Shown: positions 23,487-35,175 of the stretch, in pieces
Position numbering within the stretch: position 1 is the first letter of the stretch
Layout of the letters: every line of letters begins with the position of its first letter
NCBI GenBank assembly: GCA_946965045.2
Contig: OX337240.1
Coordinates: 3,162,001-3,226,000, forward strand
Source: Epithemia pelagica
Taxonomy: Eukaryota > Protista > Bacillariophyta
Length of the DNA: 64,000 nt
Reading direction: 5' to 3'
Notes under the pieces: generated by a model
What the model was told of the DNA's origin: nothing
Databases searched by the model: none
Seen by the model: only the letters and a program-made list of their open reading frames with translations
Program-made: the position numbers and the translations under genes

Positions 23487-23640
23487 CATATTTTCCCACC
23501 TGGGAGCAGCCCCTGTCTCATATTTTCCCACCTGGGAACAGCCCAGCCTCATATTTTCCCACCTGGGAACAGCCCTCGTCCTCATATTTTCCCACCTGGG
23601 AACAGCCCCTTTCTCACTGTAGAGCAGCCCACCTTCCCCA
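23487..23640 (+). repeat. Subterminal tandem repeat (catattttcccacctgggaacagccc, about 5 copies) in a downstream-type element end
   Basis: Read directly. An analogous gtcccactgcagaacagcc array lies at about 26868-26990, with a short version at 24970-25029. Confidence 0.8.
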
Positions 23641-24158
23641 TATTTTCCTATTTGGGGTCGTATTCCCCCTCTGTTGTACAGCCCTCATCCCCAATATACT
23701 CCCAAGCCCATACATATTAAAGCTAGGATTTCCTAGATATAAGCTAGATCTATACACATGACTATCGATAGTATTAATTTTCTTCACTTGAAGATCTCAT
23801 TTTTTGGTCATTGGGCCCAACACCAGTCATTCTGTTCAAGATTTCTGGTGAATGACCCTCCTTTGGGCCTGTTGTCTTTGGGTATGTTTTCGCACAAGAA
23901 TCATACATGGATGACTCGTCACATTCTGCTGGGTGACTTCATAGTTCCTCCTGCCGTGGTACATGCATGTTTGATTGTTGCCAACACACACCTCTATCAG
24001 CAATCAACCAGTATTGTGAATCTATGGTGAGTGCTTGATACCGAAAGCATCTATGATTCATCATTCTCGATTCCTATTTCTAACATCAGCTACTTTCTAC
24101 TATTCACATTGGCACACAGGAAGGAGTTGAACGAGGGAATGTCACATGTCAGCTCCAG

Positions 24159-24926
24159 TCAAGTCTCTTCCAGGCTTGCTGCAGGTCTCGTTCTCTTGTG
24201 GACATGAAAAATAAGTCGCTTCAAGCGCCTTTGAAGTGGGCAGTCTCTGGGCCCATGAGGAACATAGCCTGGTCTGTTGAAGGGCTCGAAACAGGCAAAA
24301 CAGGCTTTGTTCTTGAGCACCCGAGAAACACTCACCGGACATTTACTTCTTCGGTGGTTTGTTGATCCACAGTTGAAACAGGATCCATAGTCAAGGCACT
24401 TCTCCCCATTGCATGTTGCATCCATGCAAACAACACATTGAACAATCAAACGTTGGATGCACTCTTCTGCCATGGACGATTCAATGTCTTGCCGTCTGAC
24501 TCTTTCAACTACTTGTGTCTGTCCACTCTCTTGGGCCTTTTTCCTGCAGAAATCGCAAACCCCACAATGTGTTACACGAATGCCAAACTTCTGTGAAATA
24601 TTTGCAACACGACAACCATGCTCTTGCAACCAATTTTTTATGGAAGCTGATCCAAATATGGCTTCGAAGCTTTTCCTTGGCCGCTCTCCAACAATCAACC
24701 GTTTTGCCTGAGGCGTCTTCAGGGTCATGTCCTCGTCCATGTCCCCTCTCTGAAAACCTGTTGGGTACAATAAGGTGAAACTTCCATTATTCTTTCGCTG
24801 GCTTGGTCGTAGTCGGCCAATCGCTTGTACATCGTTCATCAGTCTATAAATCAATCCACATACGATAACATGCCGACACAGGTCATTTTCAATTCCGCAG
24901 AGACCACATGTTGTTGATATCAACAC
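24159..24926 (-). pseudogene. 3' fragment of the helicase gene (motifs V-VI, RecQ-type Zn module, Zn knuckle), inverted relative to neighbouring fragments
   Basis: LISTTCGLCGIEND, VQAIGRLRPSQR (compare VQSMGRLRPSQR at about 63490), CRVANISQKFG..CGVCDFC, CFNCGSTNH, CPLQRRLKRL. Confidence 0.75.
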
Positions 24927-25677
24927 CCTAAGGAGAAAGTGCCTGTCCGTAGGCCTATGTAGACTCTAGCGTCCCACTGCAGAACAGCCCCCATCCCACT
25001 TGTCCCACTGCAGAATCGCCCTCTATCCCTAAGGATATTTCACTTTTTTGGGAGCTTTTAGTACTAGAGACCGTAGAATTTGAACGTGTGCATATGAGCA
25101 CAAAATCCTATAGTGCCTGTTGCATATGAGCAAGGATTTGTTGCGGATGAGCTGCAATTTGTTATGCTTTTGTTGCGATTGAGCAGTGGCCTTGTCTATG
25201 CTCCTTTGACCACTCCCCAAAAGCAGTCATATTCAATATGCTCTATACTGGCCAGATACTTTTCAGAGCTCTGCCAGCTAGGTTTTTGTCTTGCCCTACT
25301 CTACATAGAAGAATCAACGTAAGATTGAATTTCCTTTGGTTTGCTGTACACAATTTCCTTGTTACAACAAACCAGCTAATATGTGTGTACAAGTGACATA
25401 TATTTGTACACAAATGACCAACTAACTTTTTTGTACAATCTTTTTTCCTGCCAAATGACGCTGGCATTTCATAGAAAAATCTCATTTCACCCATCACTAG
25501 TTCTCATCAAAATCCCATTTTGACCATTCCTAGTTTATGCCTCTAGGTCTTTGTACCTACCCATCATTCGTCCAGTAAATTGGGCCCAATGCAATTCTGC
25601 AAAGGGTCATCACTCCCTTTCTTTGATGAACGATGAAAGATGTCTCTTGAACACTCTCAGCAAAACCTCTATCAACC

Positions 25678-26100
25678 ATGGCTTCCCCCTCTAATAATGG
25701 GCCAGGGACTCCTTCTCCATCAAGGAGGAGACCAACGAAGAAAAAAAAGGAAGAGGACAAACTACAGGCTGTCGATGTCACGCTAGTGACCCCCTTTGGT
25801 ATGGGATGTCGCCTATGTGGGAAACCGTTTGGAACCAGTCTATGGTCCATGCAAAGGCACCTTAATGGCCATGGTGTGTCTGTCTCACATTCTGAAAGCC
25901 AGACACTGATAAAACATCAAATGACCCTCCTTCAAGGTGTTATGCAAGACATTTCAAGTGTTTCTCAATCTATGACGGGGGAAAAGGTCAAGTGCTATTC
26001 ATGTCATTGTCTTGTTGGGAGCTTGAAACTTCAAAATGTGTACAGACATTTGTCCTCGGGTCGTACCTGCAGTGCTCCCTCCCCTACAGAAGAGGAACTA
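25678..26100 (+). pseudogene. 5' fragment of a second subfamily of the recombinase-helicase gene
   Basis: MASPSNNGPGTPSPSRRRP...TPFGMGCRLCGKPFGTSLWSMQRHLNGH; truncated at the CTAAGG junction. Confidence 0.7.
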
Positions 26101-27227
26101 AGGATATTTGCCTTTTTTGGGTGTCTTTAGTACTAGACACCGTAGGATTTGAACGTGTGCATATGAGCACAAGGGGCTATAGTATCTGTGCATATGAGCA
26201 CTGATATGTATGCCTTTTGTTGCAAAAGAGCACTGCCCCTTGTGCAGATGAGCACAGAATGTCTATGCCCCGCTCAAGTCTAATTTCTAAGCACTCATAT
26301 TCAATATGAGTCCTTAATTTCATTCATTACTAACCATTACCGCACTCTTAGTTGTTCCCCCATTCTTTGGCGCGAAAAGCTCGCCTGCGTGCCCCTTCAC
26401 GCCCAACATCTTCACCTGAAAACCTCAATTGGCCCAACAAAAGGTCATTGATGTTTCATGAATTATGACTCTTGCAAAGAGGCCCATCCTTGCTTTTGCT
26501 TGAGAGTCGGCTGGTTATGTCTCTTCCTCTGTTCCATGCACACGAGGAAACCAGCAATGGCTACCAACAATGGGCCTGGAACGCCATCTCCATCCCGGAG
26601 ACGGCCTGTGAAGAAGATCCGTTCTGATCAGGGCATTGGCTTGTCATGTTTAGATGCTACAATTGTGACACCCTTTGGTATGGGATGCGGCATATGCAAG
26701 AAATCATTTCTGTCTTTGGTCCATGCAGCGGTATCTAAATCAACATGGAGTCTGTGTCTCAGCAACTGACAATCGACTCCTTGTAGCAAGAAAACAGTCC
26801 CTTAAGTAAATTTTGCAAGAAGACCCTAAGGAGAAAGTGCCTGTCCGTAGGCCTACGTAGAATCTAGCGTCCCACTGCAGAACAGCCCCAATCCCACTTG
26901 TCCCACTGCAGAATCGCCCTCTGTCCCACTGCAGAAGTGCCCTGTCCCACTGCAGAACAGCCTGCTGTCCCACTGCACAACAGCCCACTAGAACAGCCCT
27001 ATTCTAGTCATACCTATGCCCATGCTTATTAGTTATTCCTAGCTCGACTAGTTTCATTTCCCGTCACTACAAGTGTGACTGGGTCAGATTCTTGTGTGAA
27101 ATGACCCTTCTTTGGGCCTAATATTTTTTTGTGAGACGTGATTAGATTTTTTGTGAGATGACTCTTCTATGGGTCTTTTGATGATGGTCTTTAACCCGAC
27201 ACACAGTACCTACTAACTTAATACTAT

Positions 27228-27491
27228 CTACTTGAATGCTTTCTTTGCATATGGATTCCTTGGTAGAGCTGGTCGTGCCACAGACGGTCTGGCTGCTGTG
27301 GTTGCATGAGGTGTCTGTGTCACTGTCATGCCCATCCGTTGTTCAACACTCTGACACAGAAAAGCATGAAACGAATGGCTGTCGCATGTTACTTCGGACA
27401 TGAAATCAGTCATTGCTCTGGATTGTCCATTGGTCTTCCTTGACTCATATACATCGATCATCAGCCGCTTCAATCTTCGTTGTAAAGGACA
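27228..27491 (-). pseudogene. Extreme C-terminus of another helicase copy
   Basis: CPLQRRLKRLMIDVYE...RNPYAKKAFK matches CPLQRRLKRLIFHVH of the 24159 ORF. Confidence 0.65.
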
Positions 27492-30400
27492 TCAGCAGAA
27501 CTCTCATTGAGAATTCAGAAGGGTAATAGGTAGTTGGGTAAAAGGCTCGCTGAGCCGACAATCAAATCACCAACCGATACAACAATCCTCCACGGGTCAG
27601 AGAAGAGTTGCAAGTCGAAGTCCGCCGTGGGTGGGGGCAGTCGGTCCACTGATAAGAGGTTAGTCTTAAGATGAGTTTTAAATGGTGATATTAATGATTG
27701 TGAGACGATTACTAACTAAGGTGGTTGATGGTGCCGAAGTCCTGGCTCTTGTATACGGCCATGGATCTGGTGTGATAGGTCCTCACTGGTTGGAGTAGAC
27801 CGGCATTGGTGTATATTGAATGTATAGGGTGATGGATAACATGTATGGGATGCAACAGCTCTTGCTTTGTCGTGTTTTAAGTCTTGTGCTGGGCGCGTTG
27901 CTGTTTGCATTCTTGGATTTGTGGGAACAGAGATATGGTCTCGCGTGATCGTGATTCGTGCTTTGATAACATAGACCGTTAGGTCGAATCGTGGATGTGC
28001 GTACTCGGATAGTCAAGGCGCGCATTCGATGGTTTTGGGCGCGCACGTGTTGGGCCATAGTTAATATCCAGGCGGTCGCCGATAACACGTGCAATGCGAG
28101 CATGCCATGGCCAAATTTATAGTTTCGCGAGCATGCCGACATTCCTTCCTCACTTTTAGGAAAATGTCATCGGATGCCATAAAATACTAGCATCATTCGA
28201 TGAGTTGTAGGTTTCGCCACCTAGTTTTCGGTGAGAATCCTAACACTCCCCACAATTTGTCGAATGAGGATTGTTATTTTCCTTGTCATGCTTCTGAACG
28301 TTTCCTCCCCAGAAGAATATGATCTTGAACATGGTCCATACTTTCGAGAATTTCCAATGCTTGTTGAGAATGTCTCCTGGATGTTCTCATAGTCATCATT
28401 CTTGAGTTGGTAGGTCTTGTCGATGCCCTTTGAGCTATGCTCCCCAGGTGCCTTCTTCATCCAAACATTGGGATCTGCTTTAGTTGGTGACAAATCCATA
28501 TCAATTGGGGTGTCAAAGAAACAGTCACGCCGACATGCTCCTGAAGATTTTAATCCCTTGGAGGCCTTGTGCGTAATCAAGATGTGACCTGATTCTCTCC
28601 AGATAAAGCTTCCAGGTCGTGCGCATTTCCAACTTTTGCTCCCCATATATCCACATCATTGAGAATCCCAAGACAGGTGGTTGTATGGAAGTTGTGAATG
28701 GAAGTAGTACACAAAAAGATTACCTCACCCAGTTCTTTGGTAAAAGCCTCGTCTGTGATGAGAAGTGCTGGGCGACTATCATCATGGTTTACAAGATGGA
28801 TTCGAATCTTGTTCTTCTGATACTCTTCTGGTGATGCATTTATCATTTCCCTTCTTTTGAACTGAGCTTGAACGCAATCCTTGATTTTTGTGAGGGATTG
28901 GATCTGTGAAACCTGAAAGAGCTCAACTTTGGTAGTGTCGTGCCACTTTCTTTTACCATGTTGCTTGTCTAACAAAACAACTAATTCTTCATTTGTCTTT
29001 GAAACTTGATAACCAAACTTGTACTTGATGGAACGACAGACTTGCTTGATTCTTGACTGCTGTTTGGCAGCTTGAACAAGGCATTTACTGGTCTTGACAA
29101 AATGCTTGAGATGTTTCCATCCAAGTTCATTCAATAGATCATGTTTCTTGGCATAGGCATCATTTACCACGAGTGACGGAGGCTCATAGATCATCGCCCC
29201 AGTCTCCCAATCAACAAGTATATTACAGTGACTTCTTTTGTAGTCAGGATTGTTGCTAATACTTGACGGTTCTTGATCTGCAACAACGTCTCTGAACTGG
29301 AAAACGTCATCTTCAGTTGCCTGTGCTTGGTTGTCCTGTTTGATGTATTCCATATGTTGACGGTATGAAATTATCTTGTCAATGTCGGAAATGGATTTGC
29401 AGAAAGTGTACTTGATATAGTCTTTTTGCTTGAGAGCATCTTGTTCTAAATCAACGATGCATCTGATAAGACATGGTTGTGGTTGCTCCCCATTATATGG
29501 TTGTCGTTGCTCCCCATTTTCCTCTGGATCATAAACAAGGAAAGGTTGTCCAATAGTGTTATCACATTTGATCATAGGCATTTGCGTGGATGAATCTTCA
29601 CCTTTGCTACAAATGAAAATGGGTTTATTTGAAAGCTACTCCTCTCCTGAAGAGGTATCCACACAAAGGTTGCTGGGTGGCGTGGGTGCATCATGAAGAA
29701 TGGCAGAGTAACAAAGGGTTTGAGTGTCCAGAGACAAAGTATCACCAATAGAAGGGGCAAAAACAAGCCAGTAGCCAAGTGTCGTGACAAAAGAGGGAGG
29801 GTAGGGACGGTAGGGACGGTGGGAGAGGGCATATGATTCGGTAAAGTAGGGGGCCTTGTCCCAGATAAGGAAGAAAAGTGGGTGGGTAATGCCGGGTGGG
29901 CGACCATTGAGGATCTCAAGAGGGATATGGCCCGAAACGGTCACGGCGTATGTTGTCCTCTTAACGGTCTGGTAACGGTTCTCAGCCATGTTCTGATCTT
30001 GGAGGTATGGTTTGGAACAGTATTCTCCAAGCAGGGGTGTGAAGAAGGAAGGCGTATCAGGTCCATGATCGTAAGGTAAATCCAAGAGAAGGTTGAGGTT
30101 ACAGACAACACGATTGGTATACTTCCCAAAAGCATCATGCGGATTGTTGCCATCATTTTCAACAGTCCTTGAAGAAGGTGCCGTATCTTGCATGGGATCA
30201 AGATACCAATGATTATAGCCAGTCAATTGATTGTCACCGGAGAAAGTAGACATGCGAGAGAGCAGATGTCGAGATATCTCAACTTTCTGTTTACAGTTGT
30301 TGTTCTCGAGACAATCATTAGGGATGGATGTTGCCTTGATATTGGACACCAAATTAGCAAGATCAGATGTTGGATGATTGACATCAATATTGGTCACAAC

Positions 30401-31773
30401 TTGTGGAACCAACCGGGTAATCAGATCAAAGAAATTATCTTGATGGTCTTGGGAATCATCTTGAATCATGTCGTCAATCCATGCACGACCAGGGTCGGGA
30501 TCAGGTTCCGGCTCAATGTCAAGAGTATGCGTCTGTTCCATGCATGCAGTTGTTGATGACAGATTCTGGGTAGACTTGTTGTACGCAATGATTACTTGAC
30601 GACTATTGTCGTTGAGTTTACTCCACAGATCTCTTGGAAGACTGATCTTTGGACGAAGCGAAGATGATTTCTTGGTCTTCACGTTAGTTCTCTTAATCAT
30701 GCGGTGTTTTTCTTTGGGTGATAGATCTTTGATATCAAAATCTTGATCATATTGAAAGTCGCATTGCTTGGTATGCTTAAGTCGGTTAGACTTTGGTGCT
30801 CGAGTTGCTTGGTCATGATCATATGCGGCATCAAGGAGAAGACGGAAATATGATTGATAACAAAGTGTCTTTGCACCAGACAAGATGTTGACTTGTCGTA
30901 AATCAGGTACCTTTTCAACGGCTTTCATCAGGAAGGTCATCCTAGTGGAGTGGCCAGGAATGTGATCAAACATTGATCCCAGATTGTCGAGAAGATGGAA
31001 TTGGTGTTGAAAGTGGAGAAGAAACTGATAGGTTGTGCCGTGCCATGAATCATCGAGACAAAGATTGGAGATGTAGTTGTTAAGACGTAGCACCTCTCTT
31101 TTTGCTAAACAAAATGACGAAATGCAACCTTGGTTCAGACGGAGCTTGGTGAAGTCTGCATTGATTCTCCAATGATCATAATTGGCCTTGGTGAGGTTCA
31201 ACCAGGTAGAGCGAGGTAAATCAGACTGCTGCAGGGTTGAGTTTGTTCTCGTGACCAATGTGCTAGGATCTTCAGTTGATGCCTTGTAAATGTCTTCAGA
31301 TCCATCGTCTTGTTCCCATACTTGTATTGTCCAAGGTCCTTGATATTCTTTTCTGGATTGACTGCAAGATAGTCGATGACATTCAGAATGTGTTCGAAAC
31401 CACTATGTTTTATCCATTGATGAAGGGCTTGAGCTCGTTCTTCATCACATTCAAATAGATGCTGGGTGATATGATTGAACACTTGTGTATCTGATATGTC
31501 AGGCGGTACTGAGTCGTCAGAAGGAAGAGAAGGTGTCTTGGGGTATGTTGGATCCATGGTAGTATATGGTTGGTTCGTTGTTTATTTAATGTGTGGTGTG
31601 ATCTGAACCCAGATGTACCACGTGTGTGCCACGTATATCAGTACCCGGATGTGTGTTGTGCTGGGAACCCGGATGTGTGGAACTCGGTTTTGTCTCTGGT
31701 TTGTTGTGGAAACTACTTAAAGATACTTATCCTTGGTCACTTTCGGACTTGTTGCGGTGATCGAGTTGAACCG
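27492..31773 (-). mobile_element. Degenerate CoDi-like (Ty1/Copia) LTR retroelement, copy 1; its LTR continues at 54965-55278 beyond the Plavaka insertion
   Basis: gag-like ORFs 31198-31557 and 29636-31258; integrase remnant PYLQDQNMAENRYQTVKR; ILVDWETG..YEP and IKYKFGYQV motifs in 28221-29581. Near-identical to copy 2, but lacks 34 bp at about 28590 and one 9-bp unit. Confidence 0.7.
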
Positions 31774-32413
31774 CGTCTAAGGGCAGCGTCACGCGCCCCC
31801 AAAACGCACACCCCATACGCGCCGTCGGCATGCGCCATTTTTCGTACCCGGTTTTTTTATACGGATTTACACCATTTTGACTAATCCCCCCCACCATCAC
31901 GCACATACAACATCATACACATTCACGGCGACCCTATCTTCCACGCACGCACACTCCCATCTTCCACGCACAGAGAACTTACCTTCTAAGCACACTGACC
32001 TTGCCCTCCACGTCCAAAACACTCTGAACACAAAGTACCAACCTCATCAGAACAAGGCATCTATACACCCTCTCCACAGGTGCAATAACACAAGGGCAAA
32101 CCCCCAATCTCTCCTATCCCATTCTCCAATGACACCAGCGGAAGCCACTCACCTTTTGCATCCCATGCTCCGAAAGCACCAGCGGAAGCCACACACCATT
32201 AGCATCCCATGCTCCGAAAGCACTGGTAGAAGCCACCCACCTTTTGCATCTCAGGCACCGAAAGCACCGGCAGAAGCCACCCACCTTTTGCATCTCAGAC
32301 TCCAAAAGCACCAGCAGAAGCCACACACTTATGGTAACTCATTTCACAACACAATCGATACCATCCACAGAAGAATGTGAAAACATGCACAGAAGCTAAT
32401 GAAGAGATACTAT

Positions 32414-34741
32414 TTAAAAAAACCAGAGTCTGTGCTTCCTCCGCTTTTTCTGCTGCGGTTGATCTTGATCAGCACTGTCCACATATCCCATCCTCTCCCG
32501 ATGTTTCTTAAGAAGATTCTCCATGAACACATTTTGTCCCTGAAACAGTCCATCAACTGATACATATTCTCGATCATCCCTCACCTTCTGCTGCAATTCA
32601 TCAAGACGATCAAGGCCAATATCACTCATACCACGTCCCTTTTTGTTTGCACAACCTGAATACTTGTATTGTTCTACTCCATCTGTATCAATGTCCTCAT
32701 TAATTTGGTGCGCTTGACACCAAGCAGGATCTTCTTTGTACAACTTTTGTTTGAACTCTTGTCTGCTCCTCAGAGCCCATGCATCCCATGAATCTTCAAG
32801 AGCCAAGAGAATGAAAGCTTCATCACTCGTAGTAAACTTACTCATCGCTTCCTTCCATATTGCTTGCTTTTGTGCTTCTGGTGTATTAGCTGTAATATCT
32901 TGATTAATGATATCTCTCACCATTCCATCTCCATAAACCGACCCCCCAAATACTTCAAACATGAAAACATAAGCATCATTGTCTCCATTCACTCCTCTCA
33001 TTTGCATCATCTCTTCAAGACTTGGCATAGGACCTAGATTTTCATCGTCAACCAATAACTTAGGGAATTGTCGCCGAACAATTCCACCACCATGTGTTCT
33101 CCATAGATTTAACGAGAAATGTTCTGCCAGGCAGGAAGGCTCATGTTAGAGCAAAACTTTCCACAAGAATGAGAACAAGATAGCACCAAGACAGTACCAA
33201 CTTACTCATGAACCTGAACCTTAGCGATTGTAGAACATTTGATCTCTTGCGTCTGAATTCTTTCCTCAAATGGGGGGAATACCTTTCCCACCACTTTGCC
33301 TTAGCCACATCACCAATAATCTTTTCTCGTTCGAAATACGCCTTGAAGTGATCCTTCCCCAAATGCCATAATCCATTATCATCTGCATCACAATCATCGG
33401 CAAGTGAGAAATACTTCACGTACCTCCAAGCAACATCAGGCACAAAAGTCTGGAACTCATCTGTACGACAAGCTAGGGGTAGATCCTTGTATTTGCTCCT
33501 GCTCTTTCTTTGCTGTTCTCTCTTTCTTTCCCTCTTGTATTCTCTCCTTCTTTCCCTCTCACCAGACGTTGCATTAGCCCCAGAACTCTGACCATCACTA
33601 GTACCATAGATAGATGATGCAACCATTGAGCTATCGCCTCCGACTTCCATGGCTACAAGAGATGATGACGACCAAGAGAGATCAGAAAGTGAGGAAACAT
33701 CATCCATCCAGAAGTCCACATCTTTTTCGATTGTACATTTCCAAACCCACATCAACCCAGATTAGAGTTCCACTCTAACCAGTCAATACCGATAGGGCAC
33801 AAACAAAACAAAGGAAGTACACATTACTTACAAACGCGACTGACTCCTCCGCCACCACCACCACCACCACCCATAACCTCTTCCATAATATTTTCAACAT
33901 CTTGGTGCGACATTACAGTCACACCACCATTGTCATTAGCTGCGCACTCAATATTATTTGTATCCATATGGTGATGAGTTTGCTGTGGTTGGTGAACACC
34001 AGCGCCTCCTTGCATCAGAACGCCCCCATTGGGTGGGTATGGGACAGACATCATCTGCTGTTGTGGGTATCCTTGATGCACCATAATACCAGTTCCTTGT
34101 TGTGGATAAATCGTAGATGATGACGCCGCCGGGAAATGATGATGTTGTTGCCCCCCAAGAGGAGCTTGGGAATAATTGAACTGTGTATGGACCTGATGTT
34201 GTTGTTGCCCTTGAGGAAGAAATGACAACACCGATGGATTTGGTTGCTGGTGAGGATAAGGATGGGTATGATTCGGATATGGAGCAACTCCATTCGCATT
34301 ATAAGGAACTCGCTGACCATGGTCGACTCTATTCATAACAGCAGTATTGTGTTCGGATTCCATAGGTGCTCCTGTATTAGTAACACCACGGGTTCCTGTA
34401 CAGCTCATGGTACTACCTTGGTCCTGGGATTCGTTGGATGAAGCTCCCCGTCCTCCTCTTTCCTGATATATTACCTGACTCTTTTCAGATACGGATCCTG
34501 AATCCTCTTGGTTACGGTCATCATTGCTATTCTTCTTGTTGACATCTATGATCGTTATTTCTTCGTCGTCTGTTTCATCATCGGTACTGCTTTCTCCAAC
34601 ATCTTTGCCACCAGATAAACCATGGAACGCTGAATTCTTACTGTTTTGGTTGTCCTTTTTATCTTGCTTTGGATCACCACAGCGTTGGCTTCCTTGTTTT
34701 CTATTCTTGGTCCCCTGGTTTATTTCAGAAGGGGGCGACAT
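32414..34741 (-). CDS. Three-exon accessory protein of the Plavaka-like element (exons 34741-33832, 33721-33206, 33123-32414; about 711 aa)
   Basis: GT-AG introns 33722-33831 and 33124-33205 join the three listed ORFs in frame. Q/H-rich N-terminus; C-terminal FTTSDEAFILLALEDSWDAW motif; head-to-head with the transposase. Confidence 0.6.
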
Positions 34742-35175
34742 GACAAGAAGAGTATACCTGATATAAGAAGTGTTGACAATGCAATGAGTTTTGGGTGCAA
34801 CAAGAGGAGAATGTTATGCCAATCCGTTTTCATTGAGGTCTTACCTTTCGACTATCAACTTTCAAAAGTCGAGCCGTTTGTTCCGAGTACACCCGGTTTT
34901 TTTTGAATTGAACCAAATCGACAGGCGACAATTATACATTCAAACGACCAATGCCACATGGGCATTTGTGTTCGTTCCGATCCCATGTACCGATAGACTC
35001 ATAGTTTATGTAGAATAGTATGGGTGGATGGGCGGGGGGGTGGGGGTAAACCATATCCATCCACAACCAATGAAAAAGCGAGCCGGGCGACCATAAAATC
35101 GAAACCATTCGTGTCAATCGTCACATTAGCAATGATTCTCATTCCACAAAGACTAAGGACCACAAAACCAATACC

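Larger units (their letters stand above)
17269..27491. mobile_element. Array of truncated tyrosine-recombinase-like/RecQ-helicase elements joined at CCCTAA(GG) junctions
   Basis: CCCTAA junctions at 17269, 18805, 20975, 21505, 21936, 23439, 24926, 25027 and 26824, with variants CCTTAAGG at 22674 and CTAAGG at 26098. Each is followed by a homologous end sequence such as GGATATTTGCCTTTTTTGGGTGTCTTTAGTACTAG or GGAGAAAGTGC. Confidence 0.8.
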
